Positions 17,923 to 26,434 of a stretch of 64,000 bases of DNA are shown piece by piece. A program made the position numbers and the translations under genes. Under the pieces are notes generated by a model. It saw only the letters and a program-made list of their open reading frames with translations. It was not told the origin of the DNA and did not search any database. The first letter of the stretch is position 1. Every line of letters begins with the position of its first letter. The DNA comes from Oligoflexales bacterium (GTDB lineage Bacteria; Bdellovibrionota_B; Oligoflexia; Oligoflexales; JAPPIL01), in NCBI GenBank assembly GCA_965215515.1, contig OZ244057.1, positions 1,408,001-1,472,000 on the forward strand, written 5' to 3'.

Positions 17923-19503
17923 ATGAAAAAGACCGCGGCGGTGTGCGGTTTATTTTTGCTCAGTGCCTGCGAAGGTATATGGATCGGCAGCAGAGGGGAA
18001 GGCGAGCATACTCTCAAACGCAGCTTCGCGACGACAGCGACGCAGAACCGTGTGCCTGTGCAGCTGTTGCTGGCAACCGCATGGCTTGAGTCACGCCTGA
18101 CGACGAACACGGCGATGGTGATTTACGACGACGACACGCGTCTCGGTGCTCCTAACGCCCAGACAGCTTTGGGTATCCCACAGCACAAACTCGCTCCCTT
18201 CCGTGCCGAAGAGGAGGACTTGACGCAACTCCCCGCACAGCTCGCCGCCTACGCACGCATGCTGCGCGCCCACCTCGACGAACACAACATCGCCCTGGGG
18301 ACAGACATCGACGACAAAAAACAGATGCTGGCCTGGGTGCAAGAACTAGCAAAGCTGCACCGCACAGGGGACAAATACCGTAACAACACCCGTGCCCTGT
18401 TCGCCCTAGAAATGCTAGCCGTGCTGAACCGCGGCTTTAGATGGCGTGATCCAGCTACGGGCGAAGAAATTGTGCTCCCTCCCCACCCCCAGCGGCTCGC
18501 CAGAATAAGCATCCCCTACCCCGCACAGCAGTTTTTCAACCTGCGTACCACCGCGGCACAACTTTACCAAGCACACTGGCTATTACCCACACGCCCGCAA
18601 GTGAAAAGAGGCGGAAACCACCCGCAACACATTCTGATCACACACTGCCCCTTCTCCGTCTCCGCCTGCCTGGAACTGCAAAACACCCCACCGACCGACA
18701 ATAGCGTGATTCTGCAAGCACACTACATCATCCCCGCCAACGCCGACACTGTCGATTACCCTCTGCAAGTCGCCCCCCATGACCAACAATTGACCGTCAC
18801 CGCACCCGATGGACAAGCAGAAGTGCACAAAGACAAAATTGTCATCATGCTGAGTGGCAATTCAGGACGCATCGTCAACAACGTCCGCCTCGCCGCCGAC
18901 CCCACCTGGCAAAGCGGTTTTCAACTAGAGTGGCTTGGCTACATGGTCAAAGAACTCTGCCGCGCACATTTCGGTTTCACTAAAATTACGCAAATACAAA
19001 ATTGTAGCAACCCCCAACACCACGACACACGAGTGACATTTCGCACCCACCAAACCACCCCCCAGGCCAACCACCGCTGGGGCGAAATCGCCGACTTCGA
19101 TCGCAACATCTACACGACCTACCTGCAACAACCACAGCAACTACAAACACAGTTCGTGTGGCTCGACCAACGCACCAACGGCAAGTACAAGCGCGGCGAA
19201 ACAATAAAACTCGCCCTGCCCAGCAACGGACGCAACTGGTACGTGCTGGAAAAACTCGTCCGCTGCCCCCACAACAACAAACTCCTCTACATTCCCGTGC
19301 TTCAAAGCGAAAACAACGCCCGCGGACAACAACAGTTTAGCGTAACATTCTACGACCGCGGCCCTAACAGTGACGGCACGCAGTTTTTGCGCGCGAAAGC
19401 CTTCAAACAGGATAAACTACAGGCCTGGGCAACAGGTAGCTTGCAAATCGCCGACTACGATCAAGAAGCTGACAGCATCTACTACCAGGGCTGTGACCCC
19501 TGA
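17923..19503 (+). CDS. Lipoprotein with lysozyme/SLT-like and degenerate amidase_2-like regions
   Basis: Lipobox LSAC; LLLATAWLESRL resembles the SLT catalytic helix; ILITH...QAHYII resembles N-acetylmuramoyl-L-alanine amidase strands. Confidence 0.55.
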   Translation: MKKTAAVCGLFLLSACEGIWIGSRGEGEHTLKRSFATTATQNRVPVQLLLATAWLESRLTTNTAMVIYDDDTRLGAPNAQTALGIPQHKLAPFRAEEEDLTQLPAQLAAYARMLRAHLDEHNIALGTDIDDKKQMLAWVQELAKLHRTGDKYRNNTRALFALEMLAVLNRGFRWRDPATGEEIVLPPHPQRLARISIPYPAQQFFNLRTTAAQLYQAHWLLPTRPQVKRGGNHPQHILITHCPFSVSACLELQNTPPTDNSVILQAHYIIPANADTVDYPLQVAPHDQQLTVTAPDGQAEVHKDKIVIMLSGNSGRIVNNVRLAADPTWQSGFQLEWLGYMVKELCRAHFGFTKITQIQNCSNPQHHDTRVTFRTHQTTPQANHRWGEIADFDRNIYTTYLQQPQQLQTQFVWLDQRTNGKYKRGETIKLALPSNGRNWYVLEKLVRCPHNNKLLYIPVLQSENNARGQQQFSVTFYDRGPNSDGTQFLRAKAFKQDKLQAWATGSLQIADYDQEADSIYYQGCDP

Positions 19504-19530
19504 CCTGTCACTTAACCCGAATATGTGATC

Positions 19531-19574
19531 GTTAGAAGCCGATAGGGTGTCCGCTTTTTACGGGGGCATCTACA
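19531..19574 (-). repeat. 44-bp dispersed repeat, IS terminal inverted-repeat-like
   Basis: Identical to 31717-31760; reverse complement TGTAGATGCCCCCGTAAAAAGCGGACACCC... Confidence 0.85.
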
Positions 19575-19712
19575 TGAGCCACAGGCGGACATCGCCTCTG
19601 GCAACGAGTGCCTTGTTATACTTGCTCCAATTCCCAACCTGGTAAGCTGTACCGTTTTTCACCGCCGAACTCCACACATCGACTTAGGCAACAATGCTGT
19701 TTTTTGAAGTAA

Positions 19713-19774
19713 TTTCAATATATTATGAAGAACAGCAAAAATCAGTGATGATTTTCCACAGGATGTGTGAATAA
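19713..19774. promoter_or_regulatory. IHF-like site plus two inverted DnaA boxes
   Basis: TTTCAATATATTA (19713-19725, one mismatch to WATCAANNNNTTR); TTTTCCACA (19752-19760) and TGTGAATAA (19766-19774) both match TTWTNCACA. Confidence 0.45.
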
Positions 19775-19921
19775 CTCGCTTTTCTCACCCGATAGTCTCG
19801 CTGATAACAACGCCTTCAGCGAATAGTTCAAAAGATGGGCAGCACCTGCCTTCTCTGTTTGCTCACGGGATAAGCGGGGGAAGGTAGCGAAAAATCTGCG
19901 AAGCGAGCAAAGGGCAAAAAA

Positions 19922-20875
19922 TCAGATCGCGACCGTCAGTGCGAGGCTGACCGCTTGGCTGATGGTATTGCGCGGCCACGGACGGCGAAAACCATAGGAA
20001 AACGAAATCCTATCGTCGGTCAACATCAGGCCTGCGGCGAGCTCACCGCTCGTATCGGTCAGTGATTGCCCGTAAGCCGCGAGAACACGCACAACATCGT
20101 AGACCCGCACCGCGCACGAAGCAATAGCGAGACGCTCAGGCGTGCTCTGCTCCCGTTCGAACAGAGCAACACGTTCCCGCGCACGGTAATCGAGATGCAC
20201 GGCAATGTCGCCACGCGGCGCAACGAGCCAAGCCGCTCCCACACGGATGGTGCGAGGAGCAAAATCTCTGACTTTGCGGTTCGCCAAATTGTTGACCGCC
20301 GCACCAAAACGCAGTGTCGGGGTAAGAGCGATCGCCGCACCGAGACCTACAGTGATGCCCATGCGCTTGTCGTGCGCGGTTGAGGCATAGCGATGCGTCG
20401 ACGAAGTGAGGGCAGGCAAGCCATGCACATCTTCGCTGAACTGAAACCCCTCGACGTACTGCCCGCTTATCCCCAGCGCGATTTTGCCCAACATGCCAGA
20501 GAGAGCGACATTGCCGCGCCGCTTGACGGGTGAGTCGAGCTCGGTGTGCAAAAAACCATGCCCGTCAAATTTCTCGTGAAAGCCCGTGTAAAGCACACCC
20601 GCAGCAATCTTGGCGGTCTGGCCATCGACGACACCGATCTGATAAAAGCCACGCCCCGTGGCAGGCCAGCTGTAGCCGAGCGAGACACGGTAATCACGCA
20701 CCAGTGCGATCATCGCGGGGTTCAACACCACCGCAGCCACGCCGTTGTCCGCCACCATCGCCGCGTGGCTCAAGCCGATGCTATAACCTCCGCCAGCCCG
20801 ATATTCGTCGGGAATACCCACGGCACGCGCTCCCGTCACTTGCATGAACAACAGCGTTATCAGTAGCATGCGCAT
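19922..20875 (-). CDS. Exported outer-membrane beta-barrel protein (FadL/PorV-like)
   Basis: Signal peptide, A...NPA.I motif, alternating beta-strand pattern up to the C-terminus. Confidence 0.6.
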   Translation of the reverse strand: MRMLLITLLFMQVTGARAVGIPDEYRAGGGYSIGLSHAAMVADNGVAAVVLNPAMIALVRDYRVSLGYSWPATGRGFYQIGVVDGQTAKIAAGVLYTGFHEKFDGHGFLHTELDSPVKRRGNVALSGMLGKIALGISGQYVEGFQFSEDVHGLPALTSSTHRYASTAHDKRMGITVGLGAAIALTPTLRFGAAVNNLANRKVRDFAPRTIRVGAAWLVAPRGDIAVHLDYRARERVALFEREQSTPERLAIASCAVRVYDVVRVLAAYGQSLTDTSGELAAGLMLTDDRISFSYGFRRPWPRNTISQAVSLALTVAI

Positions 20876-20891
20876 CGTTCACCTCCGTCGC

Positions 20892-21227
20892 TCAATTGGA
20901 CTTAACCTCTTGTTTTCTAGTGTAGCCCGCAACGTTGCTGGTAACAACCTTGAGGGTGCTGTTCATCGACTCCAACGTTACAAACGAATCAGCTATCGAT
21001 TTTACCTTGCCGATAATACCGCCACTGGTCACCACCTCTTCGCCCACCTTGAGGTTTTGCAGCAAGCGTTGGTGCTCACGAGTCTTCCTCGCTTGCGGAC
21101 GAATGATGAAAAAATACATCACCACCAACAATCCCAGCGGCAAAATCAACACCTCCATGAACGAAGGGCCTGGCGGTGGCGCGGTGGCTTCCGCCCAGGC
21201 AGTGGCGGATAGGAAACTCCAGTTCAT
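20892..21227 (-). CDS. yajC: Preprotein translocase subunit YajC
   Basis: MYFFIIRPQ, LKVGEEVVTSGGIIG. Confidence 0.95.
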   Translation of the reverse strand: MNWSFLSATAWAEATAPPPGPSFMEVLILPLGLLVVMYFFIIRPQARKTREHQRLLQNLKVGEEVVTSGGIIGKVKSIADSFVTLESMNSTLKVVTSNVAGYTRKQEVKSN

Positions 21228-22126
21228 TTTTGTCCTCCTTGTTCGTCAACATCTATCACACCCCGTGCAGCGACAAATTCACGCAAATTCTTCAGCAGAC
21301 GCACCTCTAGCTGCCGTGCTCGCTCCCGCGTCACACCGTAACGATCGGCAAGTGTTTGCAGCGTCAGAGGCGTATCGCTGAGCACTCGTTCGTCGAGCAC
21401 CGCCAACTCACGGTCGTTGAGCGTCATCCTGAATTCGACCAACTCACGGCCGAATCTTTCCTGCAACTGCGCTAAGGCTACTACTTCCTCCAGGTCTTCA
21501 CTAGCTCGCGGCAGCAGATTTAGCAAGCTACGATCGCTATCCTCATCTCCCGTCACCGCATCGAGGGAAACGTCGGGGTTACCGATCCGTTGCTGCATCT
21601 CAACTACGTCCTTCTCCTTGACTTGCAAGTTGGCAGCTATCATCTTGGGATCGACACGCTCGTACTCCTGCAGTAAACGTTCAGCTTCCTTACGCAAATT
21701 GAAGAACAGCTTACGCTGGGCACGTGTCGTGCCTATACGTACCTGACTGCGGTTATCCATGATAAACTTGAGAATGAAGGCTCTTATCCACCAAGCCGCG
21801 TAACTCGACAGTTTTACCCCCTTGTAAGGGTTGAATTTTTTCACCGCTTGCATCAAGCCGTAGTTACCCTCCTGAATCAGATCGAGCAGATGTATCTGCA
21901 CTTGCCTGAAATCACCCGCAATTTTGACCACTAGACGCAGGTTGGCAGTAATCAAGCGGTGTGCCGCCTCGACATCGCCTTGCTCGAAGTGCGCTACCGC
22001 CAGCTGATGCTCCTCCTCCGCCGACAGCAGTGCATACCTGCTAATTTCACGCAGATACAACTGCAGCGGGGTCAGCTTGACCAGACTGCGGTTTTGTTTT
22101 GTCACTACAGGGAGATCGCGAACCAT
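21224..22126 (-). CDS. rpoH: RNA polymerase sigma-32 (RpoH-type) factor
   Basis: ANLRLVVKIA, DLIQEGN.GLMQAVKKF, RpoH box QRKLFFNLRK, GVTRERARQLE. Confidence 0.88.
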   Translation of the reverse strand: MVRDLPVVTKQNRSLVKLTPLQLYLREISRYALLSAEEEHQLAVAHFEQGDVEAAHRLITANLRLVVKIAGDFRQVQIHLLDLIQEGNYGLMQAVKKFNPYKGVKLSSYAAWWIRAFILKFIMDNRSQVRIGTTRAQRKLFFNLRKEAERLLQEYERVDPKMIAANLQVKEKDVVEMQQRIGNPDVSLDAVTGDEDSDRSLLNLLPRASEDLEEVVALAQLQERFGRELVEFRMTLNDRELAVLDERVLSDTPLTLQTLADRYGVTRERARQLEVRLLKNLREFVAARGVIDVDEQGGQK

Positions 22127-22290
22127 GTATACCCCTAATATAACAAGGGTCTCACTATACCCGAATTCATTCGCCGCGGCAACATGCCTCTGTCCTTATT
22201 ATTATTTGTATTTTTAATTTTTGCTTTACAACCGTTGCTCTATTTCATTCGTTTATGTTAGTGGCAAAGTTCTTGTCGCAGCACCGTCAG

Positions 22291-22746
22291 TCAGGGTGCT
22301 TGCTCCACCAGCTCGATGAGCAAGCCGCCCGTAGAGTGAGGGTGAATAAAGATAACGCGGGTATCGTTGATACCCTGTTGCGGGGTGTCGGTGACGAACT
22401 GCACGCCTTTGTCGCGCAGTTCCGCGACTGCCCGCTCGATCCCGCGTACCCGAAAAGACAGGTGATGCACACCCCCGCCGCGTTGGGCGAGGAACTTCGC
22501 AACCACCGACGTAGGGGCGGAAGGGACGAGCAACTCCAACAACGGCACGTGCTCGTATCGTCCGTGTGTCGATGACCAGGAGACCGTATCGACGAGTTGG
22601 CTGGGAACACTCTCCTCGCCGTATGAACTGAGCTGCAGCGCGGCGGAAAAAAACCACCGTGTGCGGGCGGGGTCTTTAGAGACGACTCCGATGTGGTCAA
22701 GCCCAGCGATCCACGTACGCGGTGCGCTGTTACGCACCGATAGCAT
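22291..22746 (-). CDS. mce: Methylmalonyl-CoA epimerase (VOC family)
   Basis: LDHIGV, LELL.P...S.VAKFL..RGGGVHH, FIHP.STGGLLIELVE. Confidence 0.88.
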   Translation of the reverse strand: MLSVRNSAPRTWIAGLDHIGVVSKDPARTRWFFSAALQLSSYGEESVPSQLVDTVSWSSTHGRYEHVPLLELLVPSAPTSVVAKFLAQRGGGVHHLSFRVRGIERAVAELRDKGVQFVTDTPQQGINDTRVIFIHPHSTGGLLIELVEQAP

Positions 22747-23164
22747 CGAGCATTTCTTTCAAATCCCGCCGCTGCCGATTGTCCAGCCGTTCCGCACCGC
22801 CTTTGTGGAGGCGTAGCAGGGAACGGCGCGCATTGGCGGTGATGTTGGTATACTCCCGCCTGTGCAAAGCTCGGTAGCGAGCCATCATGCGGTTGAATAC
22901 CCTGTTGCGGTCGATACTCGCTCCTGTCGACCAATGTCCCTTCTGAATGGCATGGGTTGCCAGTGCCACGACGCGGCTGAAACGTGCCCCTTCCGTGCCC
23001 GAACCCCGTGTGCGACCATCACCAGCCGCTCGCAATCTCGCCAACAACTCGCCGTATGAGAAAGAAAAACTAGATTCAATCTCCTGTGCTCCTAACGGAG
23101 TCTGATGCAATGCCGACCACACGATATTAAGTGTATCGCCAGGCCTAAATGATACCGTAGCCAT
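22730..23164 (-). CDS. Hypothetical basic protein
   Basis: ATG at 23164 after GAGGTG; overlaps the mce start; Arg-rich. Confidence 0.6.
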   Translation of the reverse strand: MATVSFRPGDTLNIVWSALHQTPLGAQEIESSFSFSYGELLARLRAAGDGRTRGSGTEGARFSRVVALATHAIQKGHWSTGASIDRNRVFNRMMARYRALHRREYTNITANARRSLLRLHKGGAERLDNRQRRDLKEMLDAIGA

Positions 23165-23383
23165 AACGTATCCCACCTCAAACCAATGCACGCACCGCCC
23201 CCCCGCGCACACGCCAGGTTAACAAAAACCACCTCCCATCGATAATGCTCACCGTTAATTGCATGTTAAACAGGCTTTGTCAATAAAATATAAATCTCTG
23301 GAATATGCACTTAGCGGATGACAAAAACACTGTTTGGCGTAGTATACTGTGATCACAGTGTATTTTCCGAATGGCGGAGTGAG

Positions 23384-24160
23384 ATGTATCCGATGCTGGG
23401 GGTGGGGTATGGTTTCAGCGTGCCGACTTGGTATGTTTTGTTCGTGCTCGCCGCGTTGGCGGCTCTGTGGATGGTGATAAAGCTGCAACCGCGCACCTGT
23501 GTACACAGCACGAGCAAGGACATCATCAACCTCTATCTCATCTGTTACCTCAGCGGTTATCTGGGGGCACGGGGGTTATCGCTCTTCATCGACGACCCTT
23601 GCCGCGGCTGGGCAGCTTGTGCCGCGGGGCTCTTGAGCTTGGGGTCGTTGACCCTCTACGGTGGTGTAGGGCTGGCGTTCACGTGCGGACTGCTCTACGT
23701 AAGAGTAAAAAAACTGGCCTTGCGTGAGTTGCTCGACTGTTTTGTGCCCGCCCTGCTGCTTGCCGTGGCCATCGGACGCATCGGATGTTTCCTCAATGGT
23801 GATGACTACGGGAGTGTCACTACCAGCAGCTGGGGGGTGGTTTTCCCCAATCTCGGCGATGGGTTAGCCCGTTATCCGACACAATTGTTTGAAGCTTCCT
23901 TCTGCCTGTTATTGTGCATCGCCTGCTGTTGCGGTTACCGCCGTATCAAGGCACGGCTGGGGGTAGGGGCAACAGGCTTGAGCGGCGCGGGTGGCTATGC
24001 CCTGCTGCGTTTTATCAACGAATACTGGCGTGGCGACTACCGCGGCTGGGTGATCGAGCACGCACTCTCTACCTCGCAGTTCATCAGTATCATCGTCTTG
24101 GCCTGCGTGCTACCCCCGCTGCTACGCAGCTGCGTGGAGTCACTGCGTGCCGACGGGTAG
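23384..24160 (+). CDS. lgt: Prolipoprotein diacylglyceryl transferase
   Basis: LGAR, LYGG, IGRIGCFLNGDDYG, RYPTQLFE, RFINEYWRGD, STSQ. Confidence 0.92.
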   Translation: MYPMLGVGYGFSVPTWYVLFVLAALAALWMVIKLQPRTCVHSTSKDIINLYLICYLSGYLGARGLSLFIDDPCRGWAACAAGLLSLGSLTLYGGVGLAFTCGLLYVRVKKLALRELLDCFVPALLLAVAIGRIGCFLNGDDYGSVTTSSWGVVFPNLGDGLARYPTQLFEASFCLLLCIACCCGYRRIKARLGVGATGLSGAGGYALLRFINEYWRGDYRGWVIEHALSTSQFISIIVLACVLPPLLRSCVESLRADG

Positions 24161-24305
24161 TTTTCCTGTGTAAGGAGTGAACAGCAGGACGGCAACGCAC
24201 AGTGTGTAGACAGCGGCCACGCAGTGCAGGTATTGAAATCACAGGGAAAATAAACAGGCACAGATCGTGCAACTACCCTACTAGCCGCACAACACATAGG
24301 CGGTC

Positions 24306-24433
24306 GCGGGGATGAACGTGGTTGTTCACTTTGGTCAGCTGTGCGCAGTTGGCCATCAATAAGTTCTTCCTGAATTGCTTATCAGTTGTAACTCATCCTT
24401 ATTCTTTACCAATGCAACTGCTGCCATCCCCGC
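24306..24433 (+). ncRNA. Candidate rod-shaped structured RNA (6S-like architecture)
   Basis: GCGGGGATG/CATCCCCGC, GTGGTTG/CAACTGC and TTGGT/ACCAA closing stems, central bubble, AGTTG/TAACT and ATAAG/CTTAT apical stems; family not confirmed. Confidence 0.35.
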
Positions 24434-24503
24434 TTCTCCTCCCTAGCGCGCCGATTTTTACTTCCCAACCCGTGCTATCGGCTGTATAATCCCGCCTTTC
24501 GGG

Positions 24504-25310
24504 ATGGTGCTAGGGTTGAGTAAGCAGAAAAGACCAGATTTGAGCAGAGTAGACGCTTTCCAGCGCACTTTCATGCAGCTCGCCAGCTGGGTGAAGCGCA
24601 ATGCGCGGCAGATAGTTATCGTCGTCGCCCCACTGGTGGTCGTGGTAATCGCACTCATCGTCGGGAAAATCTATCTGCAATACCAAAAAGACAAACGCCT
24701 CGCGGCCCTCGCGACGATCAATCGTGTCTACACTGCTGAGCGGCAGGTGGCGGACGAGCAGCGCGACGCGTTGCAGAAAAAAATACAGGAGATCAGCAAG
24801 TCTGCCCCTGAGGCGGAGAAGGACGAGCCTGCCGCCGCGCAGCAGCTGGAGAAACAGCGCAAGGCGGTGCGCGCCGACCACAAGCGTTCGTTGGCGCGGT
24901 ATCGTGATTTTTTTACCACCCATCAGTCATCTCCTGAAGGATGGGCGGCCGCCATGGCGGCGATCGGGATTGCTCTCGCCGACAAACAGCACGATACGGC
25001 CCGTGAACTGTTGACCGCCTTACTCAAACACTCGACCGACAGCGACTTTTATCAGGTGCAGGCACGTCTGCTGCATGTAAAGTTGCTAGAAGAGCAGGGC
25101 AGCCTCACGCAAGCCTTGACCGAGACCGAGCAGGTCTACCGCCTTGTCCCCGACGATTTCAAAGCCGATACCTTGCTGATCAAAGCTCGCTTGTTGTTAA
25201 CACAGAAGCAGGACAGCGCGGCACGTGCCGTCTGCGAGCAAATTATCAAAGATTTTAGCGATAGCCGCGCGGCACACAAAGCCAGGGCGATCAAGGTGTT
25301 GTTGCGTTGA
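24504..25310 (+). CDS. YfgM-like membrane-anchored TPR protein
   Basis: Single N-terminal TM helix, helical TPR-like repeats; directly upstream of a BamB-like gene. Confidence 0.7.
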   Translation: MVLGLSKQKRPDLSRVDAFQRTFMQLASWVKRNARQIVIVVAPLVVVVIALIVGKIYLQYQKDKRLAALATINRVYTAERQVADEQRDALQKKIQEISKSAPEAEKDEPAAAQQLEKQRKAVRADHKRSLARYRDFFTTHQSSPEGWAAAMAAIGIALADKQHDTARELLTALLKHSTDSDFYQVQARLLHVKLLEEQGSLTQALTETEQVYRLVPDDFKADTLLIKARLLLTQKQDSAARAVCEQIIKDFSDSRAAHKARAIKVLLR

Positions 25311-26431
25311 GAAGTGTGTTTGTAATTCTAGTATGTTGCATGTCATGGCCAGCTCTCGCGCCCGTGCCGCACGATCGTCGCCATCACGTACAGCGTTTTG
25401 TGCGTCATCCGCAACGGGTGCTGATGGTGAAGATGGCCGCGGCGCTCGATCGCAGCAAGCCCGTCGCGGCACTGAACAACGCGGGGGTAACCTTCGTCGC
25501 GGACAAAATCATCGGCAGCAGCGATCACGGGCGGATTGCGGCACGGACGCACACAGGCGAACAGCGCTGGTCTTTCCCCGCGGGCCAGCCACTGACCGTG
25601 CCGCCTGTCGCGATCGGCGACGCGCTGTATGTAGCACTACAATCGGGGAGAGTATTGAGCCTTGCCCATGATCACGGCAGCTTGCAGTGGGAAGCGCAGT
25701 TGAACAGCTACGTGTCACGACCGCTTGCCATCGCCGCGGCGACGATCGTCGCCGCCACAGCATCGCAGCATCTTTACGCCCTCGACGCGGCGAATGGCAA
25801 GACACACTGGCTTTACGACAGCGATAGCCGTGCCGATGTTACCGTGCACGGAGCTGCTCCGCCGCTGATCGTCGACAAAACCGTCTACTACGGCACGGCT
25901 GCGGGTGACATTGTCGCTCTTTCCTTGGCCAGCGGCAAGCTTCGCCAGCGTTGGTCACTGCCGCTGGCTGCGGGTCGCTTTCGCAGTATTGTCGGGCAAC
26001 TGGCGCTGCCTACGCCCGACACGCTGGTGTTCACTGCTGCCACAGGGTTGGTCGGTGCGCTCGATCCTCGTAGTTCTAGCAAGCAGTTGCAGTGGCAGCG
26101 CAGGTTTTCTGCTCTCACCACTTCCGCGTGTCATGGCTATACTTGTTATCTCGGTCTCGCGCGCGGCGAAGTCGTTGCCCTCGACAACCGTGACGGTCGT
26201 GTGCATTGGCACAAAACACTCGGCTGGTCGCCAACTTTTATCGTCCCTCATCGTGACAAGCACCTCTATGTCAGCGGTAGCGATGGTTTCGTCGTTAAGC
26301 TACGCACTACGCATGGCAGTCGTGTCTGGCAGGAGAATCTCGGCAGTTCTATCTTCGCACCTCCTATCCTGCGTCATGGCATGATCTTTTGCAGTACCAG
26401 CATGCGCAATCTCTATGCCTTGCGGCTGTAG
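25307..26431 (+). CDS. PQQ-type beta-propeller protein (BamB-like)
   Basis: Repeated A(L)D..nG...W blades; signal peptide; coupled to the YfgM-like gene. Confidence 0.8.
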   Translation: MRSVFVILVCCMSWPALAPVPHDRRHHVQRFVRHPQRVLMVKMAAALDRSKPVAALNNAGVTFVADKIIGSSDHGRIAARTHTGEQRWSFPAGQPLTVPPVAIGDALYVALQSGRVLSLAHDHGSLQWEAQLNSYVSRPLAIAAATIVAATASQHLYALDAANGKTHWLYDSDSRADVTVHGAAPPLIVDKTVYYGTAAGDIVALSLASGKLRQRWSLPLAAGRFRSIVGQLALPTPDTLVFTAATGLVGALDPRSSSKQLQWQRRFSALTTSACHGYTCYLGLARGEVVALDNRDGRVHWHKTLGWSPTFIVPHRDKHLYVSGSDGFVVKLRTTHGSRVWQENLGSSIFAPPILRHGMIFCSTSMRNLYALRL

Positions 26432-26434
26432 GCA

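Noticed and set aside
17721..18110. 129-aa minus-strand ORF
   Set aside because: It reads through the tRNA-Ala gene and is antisense to the lipoprotein gene
19538..19545. GCCGATAG inside the 44-bp repeat as a sigma28 -10 element
   Set aside because: No TAAA at the right spacing in either copy, and no gene start downstream on that strand
19706..19733. dif-like sequence (...TATA TTATGAAGAAC)
   Set aside because: Only TTATG of the XerD arm matches, and the left arm lacks the TAA of a XerC site
24305..24318. GCGGGGATGAAC resembling the 3' half of a type I-E CRISPR repeat or a tmRNA 5' end
   Set aside because: Single copy with no 5' repeat half; its partner CATCCCCGC is only about 120 nt away and lacks a T-arm and ACCA end
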